Positions 37,720 through 46,160 of a DNA stretch of 64,000 nucleotides are shown piece after piece (position 1 is the first letter of the stretch; each line of letters opens with the position of its first letter). A program made the position numbers and the translations under genes. Origin of the DNA: Clostridiales bacterium (GTDB lineage Bacteria; Bacillota; Clostridia; Christensenellales; CAG-138); contig SFNQ01000015.1 in NCBI GenBank assembly GCA_004554165.1, positions 3,375-67,374 of the forward strand, written 5' to 3'. Below the pieces are notes generated by a model. That model was not told the DNA's origin, made no database searches, and was given only the letters and a program-made list of their open reading frames with translations.

Positions 37720-39831
37720 ATGGTTTGTAAGGAATGCGGAGCATATAATGCGGAGCATCTGACGCACTGCCGCGTCTGCGCGGCAAAGCTCAGGGACGGC
37801 GACGCGGCGGAGGAAACGATGGAGCAGCAGGCGCCCGCGCGGCCTGTGCGCAATTTTGCGCAGGCGCCGCAGTGGCCGGCCCGCGCCTATTCCGGCGCGC
37901 CGGAACCGCAGCAGAGCGGGGATGCGCCCGCGGCTTCTCCCGAGGCCAGACCCGCGCAGGAAGCCGCGCCTGCGTCTCCCGCCGGGAGCCGGCCTGTGCC
38001 GGCGCAGGCTGCCGAGCCCGCGCCCGCAGCAAAGCCCGCGCCGGCAGCCGCCGCTGAACCGGTTTCCGCCGCAAGGCCAGCGCCCCGGACGGGCGCGGCC
38101 GCTGCGGCCGCTGCGGCGGCCTCGCGGATGTTCTGCACCAGCTGCGGCAAGCCCCTCGCCGTGCCGGACGCAACCTTCTGCGCCTATTGCGGCGCGCGTC
38201 TCGGCGCTGCGGCGCAGCCCGCAGCCGCAGCAGGCCCGCGTCCCGCTCCGATGGCAGCCGCCGATTCCGCGGCGGCGGAGGAGCGCCCGGCAAAGCGCGT
38301 CCCGCCGCAGAAGCAGGAAATTGCGCCCGTGGAGGATGACGAGGAGCTCGAAGAGGTCGAGGAGGACGATTTTTCCGACCTCTACGACGAGGACGACGAG
38401 GACTACGACGACGATTACTATGACGACGAGTTCGATGAGGACGACGGGGAGGATAAGCCCCGGCGAAAGGGTAAGGGCGGTACCGTTCTGTTCATCATCC
38501 TGGTGGTGGTGCTGCTTGCGCTGATCGCCTTCTTCGGCATGTATATCGTGAAAAAGAACTATGGCGGCAGCGTTTCCAACCTTTTCGCTTCGCTGACGGG
38601 CAAGGCCCCGGAGGATACTACGTCGGAAGACCCGGCCGGCAGCGGCGGAAACATCGTTTCCAACAATGTGACCGCGGACAATATGAGCGCCACCATTGTT
38701 GAGGACGTCATCGACGGCACCGAGGTGTTCAACATCACCGTCAATGTACCCACGGGCAGCACCATCCGCGTGATCCCCATGTCCGGCTCGCTGCAGCAGG
38801 ACAGCCACCTGCTCGAGGAGGGGAATACGGCATACATCGCCGTGCCGCGCAGCATCTTCCTGCCGGATGAATACTGCGACAGCGCCAGCGTTACGGTAAC
38901 GCCGCAGATTGAGATCACCCTGCCGGACGGCACGAAGAAGATGCTGGACGTTCCCTCCGTTACGATGACGGTGCCGCAGGTCAGCCTGACGCTGACCGAG
39001 CCGGCGGGAGAAACCGTGGAGGCCGGCGCCAGCGGCAGCGCCATTACGGTTTCCGGTACGGTGTCGGATCATACCGTCGAGGTGGAGATCAACGGCGTTC
39101 CGGTCGACGTACACGAGGGCGGCGTGTTCTCCTATGACTATACGCCGAACAACGTTGAAGGCGAGACCATCGAGGTCGTGGCCAAGAAAAAGAACAATAT
39201 GACCGCGCGCAAGACCATTACCGTTACGCCCCATGTGGTCAAGGATCTGCCGCTGACCATCTCCTCCGGCGCCACGGTGCTGCGCGCCGCGGACGGCAAG
39301 GTGACGGTTGAGGGAACGGCGGTCGCCGGCGCCACGGTTACGGCCATCTGCGAAAATACCGATATCGTTTGCGGTGCTGTGACCGTGACGGATACGGGCG
39401 CGTTCACCTGCTCCATCCAGGTGCCCAAGGAGGGCTGCTATGAGATCAATCTGGCGGCCACGGCGGAGGGCTACAATGATGCGGCGGTGAGCTGTATCGT
39501 GGAGCGTGCGCCCACGACCAAGTCCAGCACCTATCGCGACAAGGCGCTGAACCTCAACAAGAACTATCAAAAGGTGGTTGACGGCAAGGCCACCGAAACC
39601 ACGGTTGCCTTCACCGGAAAGGTGAAGGAGATCGTCCAGAGCGACGGCATGGTCATCTTCACCCTGGAGGATTCCTCCGGCAATCTTGTCTATGTTTGCA
39701 ACCGCAGCGACAAGAACAAGATTGAGAACGACGACCTGAACAAGAGCAAGCGGGTTGCGGGCTTCAACGCGGGCCTGTATCCCGAAACCTCAAATCCCTA
39801 TATCTGGGGCTGGTTCATCTGGAATGTCTGA
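37720..39831 (+). CDS. Zinc-ribbon membrane protein with Pro/Ala-rich and acidic linkers and a large extracytoplasmic beta-rich region
   Basis: CKECG...CRVC and CTSCG...CAYCG, a D/E/Y-rich stretch, TM VLFIILVVVLLALIAFFGMYIV, then repeated V/T-rich Ig-like segments. Confidence 0.75.
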   Translation: MVCKECGAYNAEHLTHCRVCAAKLRDGDAAEETMEQQAPARPVRNFAQAPQWPARAYSGAPEPQQSGDAPAASPEARPAQEAAPASPAGSRPVPAQAAEPAPAAKPAPAAAAEPVSAARPAPRTGAAAAAAAAASRMFCTSCGKPLAVPDATFCAYCGARLGAAAQPAAAAGPRPAPMAAADSAAAEERPAKRVPPQKQEIAPVEDDEELEEVEEDDFSDLYDEDDEDYDDDYYDDEFDEDDGEDKPRRKGKGGTVLFIILVVVLLALIAFFGMYIVKKNYGGSVSNLFASLTGKAPEDTTSEDPAGSGGNIVSNNVTADNMSATIVEDVIDGTEVFNITVNVPTGSTIRVIPMSGSLQQDSHLLEEGNTAYIAVPRSIFLPDEYCDSASVTVTPQIEITLPDGTKKMLDVPSVTMTVPQVSLTLTEPAGETVEAGASGSAITVSGTVSDHTVEVEINGVPVDVHEGGVFSYDYTPNNVEGETIEVVAKKKNNMTARKTITVTPHVVKDLPLTISSGATVLRAADGKVTVEGTAVAGATVTAICENTDIVCGAVTVTDTGAFTCSIQVPKEGCYEINLAATAEGYNDAAVSCIVERAPTTKSSTYRDKALNLNKNYQKVVDGKATETTVAFTGKVKEIVQSDGMVIFTLEDSSGNLVYVCNRSDKNKIENDDLNKSKRVAGFNAGLYPETSNPYIWGWFIWNV

Positions 39832-39843
39832 CGGGAGACGGGC

Positions 39844-40125
39844 TTGAAACTCTGGGCCAAGTGCATCAAGGAACAGAAGATACAGAAGGACGTCGTGCAG
39901 GAGTTCGCTCCTGCACGACCGTCGGAGCTTTCCGGGTGGAGCGAAGTCCTCGTGGCGCTGTGCAGGCCGCTGGACCTGGCGCGCCCGGTGCTGATGCAAA
40001 AGCATGTGCGGGAGCTTGCGCAGTTTTCCCGTACGGTGTTTTACCCGCAGGATTTCATGGAGAGCGTGGACTTTGACCGGTTTGAGATCGAAATCTTTCC
40101 GGAAAAAAAGAAAAAACAAAACTGA
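39844..40125 (+). CDS. Hypothetical protein
   Basis: TTG start after GGGAGACGGG, non-junk composition, 93 aa. No family recognised. Confidence 0.4.
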   Translation: MKLWAKCIKEQKIQKDVVQEFAPARPSELSGWSEVLVALCRPLDLARPVLMQKHVRELAQFSRTVFYPQDFMESVDFDRFEIEIFPEKKKKQN

Positions 40126-40180
40126 ACCGCCAGAATGCGGATAGTATCGCTCCTTTTGCGGCAATCTAGCTGCGGAAGGA

Positions 40181-40396
40181 GTGATTTTTCTGAATACCAT
40201 TGCATTGATTCTCATGATTATCGGCGCGTTGAACTGGGGCCTCATCGGCCTGTTCCAGTTCGATCTGGTGGCTTCCATCTTTGGCGGCATGAGCGCGGTG
40301 TTTTCGCGGATTATCTACGCGCTGGTTGGTCTTGCCGGCATCTGGGGCATTACGATGCTGTTTCGGAGGGACGGGCACGACGAAAGCGGGAAGTAA
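40181..40396 (+). CDS. DUF378-family small membrane protein
   Basis: IALILMIIGALNWGLIGLFQFDLVASIFGG signature. The start codon (GTG 40181) is uncertain. Confidence 0.75.
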   Translation: MIFLNTIALILMIIGALNWGLIGLFQFDLVASIFGGMSAVFSRIIYALVGLAGIWGITMLFRRDGHDESGK

Positions 40397-40568
40397 AACC
40401 AAAACTCTCCGATCCTGCGCCGGGTGATCTCCGGCTGGGCGCATGGGGCGGAAGGCGCGGCGCAAGCCGGTGGCCTTCCGCCCCTGCCTACGCGGTTTTC
40501 GGGCTTGCGTCCGCCGGCCGTGCTGCGATATGATTACGGTATACGATGAAGTGGGGGTGTTCTGTGCG

Positions 40569-40757
40569 ATGGCGGAGCATAAAATGGTTTGTACCGGCTG
40601 TCCGAACGCATGCAGGCTGATGGTATACCGGGCAGAGGACGGCGGCATAACGGTCATGGGCAACCGCTGCGGCGTTGGGACGGACGTTGCCCGCGAGGCC
40701 CTGTCAAAGCCCGTGCAGGCTTGCGTAAAGAGCGGGCCGCAGGCGGACCAATCCTGA
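40569..40757 (+). pseudogene. N-terminal remnant of a DUF1667-family protein
   Basis: MVCTGCPNACRLMV...VMGNRCGVGTDVAREALSKP fits the first half of DUF1667. The frame stops after ~62 aa and no continuation is seen in other frames. Confidence 0.4.
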
Positions 40758-40834
40758 CACTGGGCAGGAAAGAAGGCGGCGGGAAGCCCGCTGCCGGACG
40801 GGAGCATTGCAGGCAACAGGAGGGGGATATCGCC

Positions 40835-41494
40835 ATGCTGCGCTTTGAGGAGATTAAAAGGAACGAGGAGATCAGGACCTATATCGCCTGCGCCGACGCT
40901 TCCCTTGTGGCGCTGGGATATACGGAGCACAGCTTTGCGCATGTGGGCAGCGTTGCCGAAACCGCCGGCTACCTGCTGGAAACGCTGGGCTATCCGCCGC
41001 ACGAGGTGGAGCTTGCGCGCATTGCGGGTTATCTGCACGACATCGGCAATCTGGTCAACCGGGTGGATCACTCGCAGAGCGGCGCGGTGATGGCCTTCGC
41101 CCTTTTGCGGGATATGGGCGCGGACCCCGACGAGATCGCCACCATCGTCACCGCCATCGGCAATCATGACGAGGGGACGGGCGTAGCCGTCAATCCGGTG
41201 GCTGCGGCGCTGATCCTTGCGGATAAGTCCGACGTGCGCAGAAGCCGCGTTCGCAACGGCGATACCGCCCAGTTCGATATTCACGACCGCGTGAACTACT
41301 CGGTCAAAAAATCCCAGCTCAAGATCAACGAGGACCGCACGCTGGTCAAGCTCAAGCTGACCGTGGATACCAAGTTCGGCTCGCTGATGGACTATTTTGA
41401 AATCTTTCTCAACCGCATGATTCTCTGCCGCAAGGCCGCGGAAACGCTGGGCCTGCAATTTAAGCTCATCATCAACGAGCAGCAGTTCATTTGA
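40835..41494 (+). CDS. HD-domain phosphohydrolase
   Basis: AGGAGGGGG RBS. HSFAHV...GYLHDIGN...GNHDE...LADKSD. Confidence 0.85.
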   Translation: MLRFEEIKRNEEIRTYIACADASLVALGYTEHSFAHVGSVAETAGYLLETLGYPPHEVELARIAGYLHDIGNLVNRVDHSQSGAVMAFALLRDMGADPDEIATIVTAIGNHDEGTGVAVNPVAAALILADKSDVRRSRVRNGDTAQFDIHDRVNYSVKKSQLKINEDRTLVKLKLTVDTKFGSLMDYFEIFLNRMILCRKAAETLGLQFKLIINEQQFI

Positions 41495-41745
41495 GCCGGC
41501 CGCGTCCTGGGATTCCCATGCCAGGAACCGGCGGAGCTTCCGGCCCCGGCGACCCTCCCGGCTACGGCAGCCGCCAGACCGAAACGGAGAAATCCCGGAG
41601 AATTCGCTCTCTGCCGGGCTTGCCGCCGGGGAGGATTGGAGACGCTTTTTGCGGCGTTCAAAGAGGCGAAGGGCTTTCCGGGCGTTGCGCGCTGGACAGG
41701 CAGGGGCTTCTTTGTGTGGACGCCGGCCTTGTCCCGCCCAGGGGT

Positions 41746-41774
41746 TTGACTTTTCCGCACCGATGGTCTACACT
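41746..41774 (+). promoter_or_regulatory. Sigma-70-type promoter upstream of the radical SAM gene
   Basis: TTGACT(41746-41751)-N17-TACACT(41769-41774). Confidence 0.45.
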
Positions 41775-41813
41775 GGAGAGCGACAGAATTCTGTTGCATG
41801 GGATGGTATTCCG

Positions 41814-42794
41814 ATGAAAACATTGCTGGAGGTGTTCCGTGCGCACATGCCCGTGCGCGTCCGGCGCATCAGAAACCGGTTTTTGCGCGGCGCTGCCGGC
41901 GTACTCGTTTCGCCCGTTGTTTACGCGCGGGACTTTCGTTACATCAATTATGAGCTGCGGGGCAAGCGCGTGCTGTACTATGTGGAGGTGTTCCTCACGC
42001 CGCGCTGTTCGCTGCGCTGTACCTACTGCGCGGCCTGCATGCCCTCCTATACCGAGCGCTACGATATCCCCTTTGAAACGGTGGAGGCGTCGCTTCGGGC
42101 CTTCCTCGACAATATCGATTTTATCGAGAACCTGCGGCTGCTGGGCGGCGAGCCCTTTGTCTATCCCGATCTGGATCGCGTGGTGGCCTATCTTCGCACG
42201 CGCAGGGATAAGATCGGCAATATCCGCATTGTCACAAACGGCACCATTGTGCCGCAGACGGAGCGCCTGCTCTCCGCGCTCAACGATCGCAAGGTGGTGC
42301 TTGACATCAGCAACTATGGCGAGCACTCGCGAAAGAAGGAGGCGCTGCTGGCGCTCTCAAAGCGGTATCGTTTTCGCGTCAATCTCGGGCCGCAGCTCAG
42401 GTTCTCCATTCCCGACATGAACTATACCAAGCGGGGCATGGCGGACCATCTGCTGGCGCACAAGTTTTCCGCCTGCGGGGAGCATTGTCGCCTGATCCGC
42501 GATGGCAAGCTGTTCTATTGCGGGCCCTCCTTCTGGACGATGTTCATCGAGGGGGCGGATGTTTCCGGCGACTATGTGGACCTGCTGCACAATGCACATC
42601 CCGAAACCCTGCGCCAGCAGATTCACGAGCTCTATTTTGAAAAGCCCTTCCTGCGCGGCTGCGATTATTGTCCGGGCAGCTTCCTGCACAGGCCGCTGGT
42701 CATCGATGCGGGCAAGGATCAGCTTCCCGTGGGCGGAGAACAGCCCTTCGGCATGCCGCCGGGCTTTTCCGAGGTACAGCGGCGCAGGATTTGA
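41814..42794 (+). CDS. Radical SAM protein with C-terminal Cys-rich region
   Basis: CSLRCTYC (CxxxCxxC), GGEPF. C-terminal cysteines CGEHC...YCG...GCDYCPG. Confidence 0.85.
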   Translation: MKTLLEVFRAHMPVRVRRIRNRFLRGAAGVLVSPVVYARDFRYINYELRGKRVLYYVEVFLTPRCSLRCTYCAACMPSYTERYDIPFETVEASLRAFLDNIDFIENLRLLGGEPFVYPDLDRVVAYLRTRRDKIGNIRIVTNGTIVPQTERLLSALNDRKVVLDISNYGEHSRKKEALLALSKRYRFRVNLGPQLRFSIPDMNYTKRGMADHLLAHKFSACGEHCRLIRDGKLFYCGPSFWTMFIEGADVSGDYVDLLHNAHPETLRQQIHELYFEKPFLRGCDYCPGSFLHRPLVIDAGKDQLPVGGEQPFGMPPGFSEVQRRRI

Positions 42795-42831
42795 GCCGCC
42801 GCAGGGCGCGAAAGAACCGATGGCAGAAAAA

Positions 42832-42860
42832 AGGGCCGGCGCATGAAAGGCGCCGGCCCT
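42832..42860. terminator. Bidirectional terminator hairpin
   Basis: AGGGCCGGCGC/GCGCCGGCCCT 11-bp stem, with an A run upstream and TTTGT downstream. Confidence 0.7.
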
Positions 42861-42914
42861 TTGTCCTGTTGCGCAGCGGCTTGCCGCAAAGCCCGGAGCC
42901 GCACAGGAAGCGCT

Positions 42915-42933
42915 AAAAACCGCGGCGGTTTTT
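42915..42933 (-). terminator. Short A/T-flanked hairpin downstream of the ybaK-like gene
   Basis: AAAAACC-GCGGC-GGTTTTT. Confidence 0.4.
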
Positions 42934-42950
42934 CGCAGCGCAGGCAGCGG

Positions 42951-43442
42951 TTAAGCGCCGGCGGCTTCCTCCCAGCCGCTGCAAACGTCAACCCAGTCTG
43001 CCGCACGGGAGGCGGAGAACAGCTCGTCCGGCGTAAGCGAAACGGCGCTGTTGCTGCTGCCTGCGGCGGGGAACACCGTATCGAAGCGCCTGAGCGACCG
43101 ATCCAGATAGACCGGGATTCCCTCGGGCAGCGCAAAGGGACAGACCCCGCCCACGGCATGCCCCGTGAAGGCGATGGCCTCCTCCGGCGTAAGAAAGCGG
43201 GCCTTGTGCCGGAACCGGTCCTTGAACTTGCGGTTGTCCACGCGCGCGTCGCCTGCCGCCACGATCAGGAGACAGCCCGTTCCCGCAGCGTCGCGGAAGG
43301 AAAGGGTTTTCGCAATCCGCGCCGGCGCAACGCCCGCCGCCTCAGCGGCCAGCTCCACCGTTGCGGAGGAAACGGAAAATTCCAGAATACGGTCCTCAAG
43401 CCCCAGCGGGCGCAGATATTCACGCACCTTTTCAATGGACAC
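42951..43442 (-). CDS. YbaK/EbsC-family aminoacyl-tRNA deacylase
   Basis: ARIAKTLSF...GDARVDNRKFK...GHAVGGVCPF pattern, 163 aa. Confidence 0.88.
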   Translation of the reverse strand: MSIEKVREYLRPLGLEDRILEFSVSSATVELAAEAAGVAPARIAKTLSFRDAAGTGCLLIVAAGDARVDNRKFKDRFRHKARFLTPEEAIAFTGHAVGGVCPFALPEGIPVYLDRSLRRFDTVFPAAGSSNSAVSLTPDELFSASRAADWVDVCSGWEEAAGA

Positions 43443-43448
43443 GGCGTT

Positions 43449-44840
43449 TCAGTCCTCCTGTCTGTTCCTTGTTTTTCCGGCTTTGCAGAGGAACAGCAGC
43501 AGCAGCGCAAGATATACCGCCGCAAGGCCAAAGACCAGCCAGACCGAGGCGTCGGACTTTGGCGCCATACCGATGAGCAGGAGCATGGGCGCGCCAAAAG
43601 CGATGCCAAAGCCGCTGCCAAGCACGAGGTTGTTTGCGGCCGGGGTTTCAAAACCGGGGTCCAGCTCGCGCAGCAGCAGTACGCCGGAGCTGATGGTTCC
43701 GGTCAGCATGCCGTACATGGAGGTCAGCCCCTCGTAGTAATAGTCCGGGTAAATGCGCCTGCATACCCTTTGCAGGTACAGCAGCGTAACAATGCCGCCC
43801 GCCGCAGCCATGAGGAGAAAGGGAATCCAAAGGCCGGACAGGTCCTCAATGTTGATGGAGGCGATACCCGCGACGATCATCAGGTCGAAGGCTACGCCGG
43901 AAATGCGGGAAAGCAGGTAGTTGTTCTGATACTGGCGGGTCATGATCCGGGTTTTTTTGAGCCCGGTGAAAAGGCTGCGCAGTCCGATGGCCATCAGCGA
44001 ACCGACGATGAAGTTGAAGCCCCAGAGGATGGGGGAGAGCGTGGTCCCAAGCCCGGGCGCGATGGCGGAAAGACCCGCATCGACGCCCCAGGAAACCAGA
44101 TAGGTCGCCAGATATACCGCCAGCACCATGACCACCTGCATGGAGAAGCGGTCGATGGACTCGGCCACGGGGATTTCGCCGCAGTCCTGGAAATCGTCGA
44201 CGGTAACGGCGTCCTGCGCGCAGGGCTGCGTGGACGTGCGGATCAGCCCCCGGCGGCGGAGAAGGTTCAGATAGAGCACGCCCACCACGCAGGCGCAGAG
44301 ATATCCGGCGGCGGCCAGCGACAGGGCAAAGGAGCGGCCGCCCGTAAAGCCCAGCGCCTCATAGCTGGTTCCGATGTTGTTGGCCTGACCCGGGCCCTGC
44401 CCGTAGCCCATGGGCAGCAGGATGCCGGAGGCTTTGAACAGGCCGGGCATGACGGTATAGGAAAGCGCAAAGGAGATGGCCAGGCCGATGAGCGCCTGCA
44501 CAAGGTAGCAGGATACGATCAGCGCGCCGCTTTTTGCGCCGGTCATGGCGCTGCGCTCGGCGGCGCTGCGCTGGCGCGGCACGCGCAGCGACATGGCGAT
44601 AAAGCCCACGGCAATGCCGTGATAGGTCAGCGTTTCCAGAAAAATGGTGTCCAGGTGCAAAACTCCGGTATTCCGCGCAAGCAGCAGCAGAAAGCCCGCC
44701 AGTACGGAGGTAGGCAGGAGGCTCTGGCGCACAAAGGGGAGCTTGCGGCGCAGGAGTGTTGCGACAAGGAGGGCGCAGGAGATGATGCCGAACTGAACAA
44801 TGCTGTTCCAAAGGGTGGCGTTGCTTGCGTTATACTGCAT
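43449..44840 (-). CDS. gltS: Sodium/glutamate symporter (GltS family)
   Basis: Polytopic. N-terminus ...LLVATLLRRKLPFVRQSLLPTSVLAGFLLL is typical of GltS. Confidence 0.8.
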   Translation of the reverse strand: MQYNASNATLWNSIVQFGIISCALLVATLLRRKLPFVRQSLLPTSVLAGFLLLLARNTGVLHLDTIFLETLTYHGIAVGFIAMSLRVPRQRSAAERSAMTGAKSGALIVSCYLVQALIGLAISFALSYTVMPGLFKASGILLPMGYGQGPGQANNIGTSYEALGFTGGRSFALSLAAAGYLCACVVGVLYLNLLRRRGLIRTSTQPCAQDAVTVDDFQDCGEIPVAESIDRFSMQVVMVLAVYLATYLVSWGVDAGLSAIAPGLGTTLSPILWGFNFIVGSLMAIGLRSLFTGLKKTRIMTRQYQNNYLLSRISGVAFDLMIVAGIASINIEDLSGLWIPFLLMAAAGGIVTLLYLQRVCRRIYPDYYYEGLTSMYGMLTGTISSGVLLLRELDPGFETPAANNLVLGSGFGIAFGAPMLLLIGMAPKSDASVWLVFGLAAVYLALLLLFLCKAGKTRNRQED

Positions 44841-45996
44841 GAGACTCTCTCACTTCCTTCAGCTTTTCGAAAAAAGTCATATATTTCCGCCCGCAGAAGG
44901 GCGGCGGCGCGGTAAGCTCATAGGAACCTCCATCGTCTGTGGAGAGCACGATGCGCGCTGCGGCGCAGAGCGCCATGCCCGAGACCGACGCAAGCGGGAA
45001 GCTGCGCCCGCCGCAGACAATTTCCCGGGCCGAGATGGAGAGCCGGCCCGTTTCGAGAATTTTGCTTTCATGGCCGTCGAGAAGGCGCAGCAGGCGAACG
45101 TTGTCGTCGAAAAAGACGGGGTTTTCGGGCAGCATTTCTGCAAGCGCGGCCATCCGCTCTTCCTGCCATACGTCCCAGTCACGCACTGTGGGAAAGGGGA
45201 CCTGCGCGCCCTCGAAAAAGCCCGTTTCACTGTAACGCAGATTGAGACCGCATGGACAGAAGAAGCGGTCGCCCCGGCTTTTCAGCGTCCCGATGCGGCC
45301 GCAGTCCGGGCAGACATACAGCGCGCGCTCGAGGTATTCGGAAAGGCGCCTGCCCGGGTAGCGGCGCATCTGCTGCGCCTGCCGGGCAAAGGCGTCCTCG
45401 TAAAGGTCCCTGGTGATGGCGGCATTGACCTCTTCGGGGCGCATAGCCCGGAGCATTTCGGGGGTGTAGACATTCATCAGCTCGCCCTCAATGGGCCCGC
45501 GGCGGCGCTTGGCGCTCCAGCGCGGGGAAGCGAGGTAGCCGCCCCGGATGCGATAGGTAACCAGCGTAACCCCGGCGGACTTGACCAGCTTGCCCGTGGC
45601 GGGGTAGATCGGCCCCGTCACGCCGTTGAAGGAGCGGTTGCCCTCGGCAAAGAGGCAGACGTTTGCGCCGCTGCGGAGCCTGCGGAGGATGGAGCGCGCG
45701 GCGGCGGCGTCCGAGGCGCCCTTGACGCGCGCAATGGGGGCAAAAATGGAGGTCAGCAGCTTTGACGCAAGCCCCCGGCGGAACACATGCTCGCTTGCGA
45801 CAAAATACATGTGCTGCCGGAAGGTTGCGCCGAGGAAAATGGGGTCAAAATCGGTGTTGTGGTTGGACACCAGCAGGTAGGGCGCGGACGGCACGTCGCA
45901 GCGCGGCGCGCGGAAACCGAGCACCTGGCACAGCAGCGGCCCCAGCAGGAATTGCAGCGTCCGGTACAGGCGGACATAGCGCTTGTGGGATGCCAT
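44830..45996 (-). CDS. Lysophospholipid (PlsC-family) acyltransferase with a C-terminal extension
   Basis: HX4D motif NHNTDFD, FAEGNRS. Stop overlaps the gltS start. Confidence 0.8.
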   Translation of the reverse strand: MASHKRYVRLYRTLQFLLGPLLCQVLGFRAPRCDVPSAPYLLVSNHNTDFDPIFLGATFRQHMYFVASEHVFRRGLASKLLTSIFAPIARVKGASDAAAARSILRRLRSGANVCLFAEGNRSFNGVTGPIYPATGKLVKSAGVTLVTYRIRGGYLASPRWSAKRRRGPIEGELMNVYTPEMLRAMRPEEVNAAITRDLYEDAFARQAQQMRRYPGRRLSEYLERALYVCPDCGRIGTLKSRGDRFFCPCGLNLRYSETGFFEGAQVPFPTVRDWDVWQEERMAALAEMLPENPVFFDDNVRLLRLLDGHESKILETGRLSISAREIVCGGRSFPLASVSGMALCAAARIVLSTDDGGSYELTAPPPFCGRKYMTFFEKLKEVRESHAV

Positions 45997-46160
45997 GGCG
46001 TAACCTCAAAGGTCTCTCTTCATAGTTTTATAAAACAGTTTATACCAAGGCCGTCTTTTATGCAACCGGAGAAAAACGCAAAACAGCGCGCCCGGCAGAA
46101 GTTGTATTTTTTCCGCCGGGCGCTGCGCGCGCTTTCTTGTCAGGGAAAGGGGGGTGCATC

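Noticed and set aside
37615-39570. 651-aa minus-strand ORF
   Set aside because: It is antisense to the zinc-ribbon membrane protein gene, has a repetitive Arg/Gly-rich composition, and has no RBS or domain.
42843-44915. 690-aa plus-strand ORF
   Set aside because: It is antisense to the ybaK-like gene and gltS, and its composition is junk.
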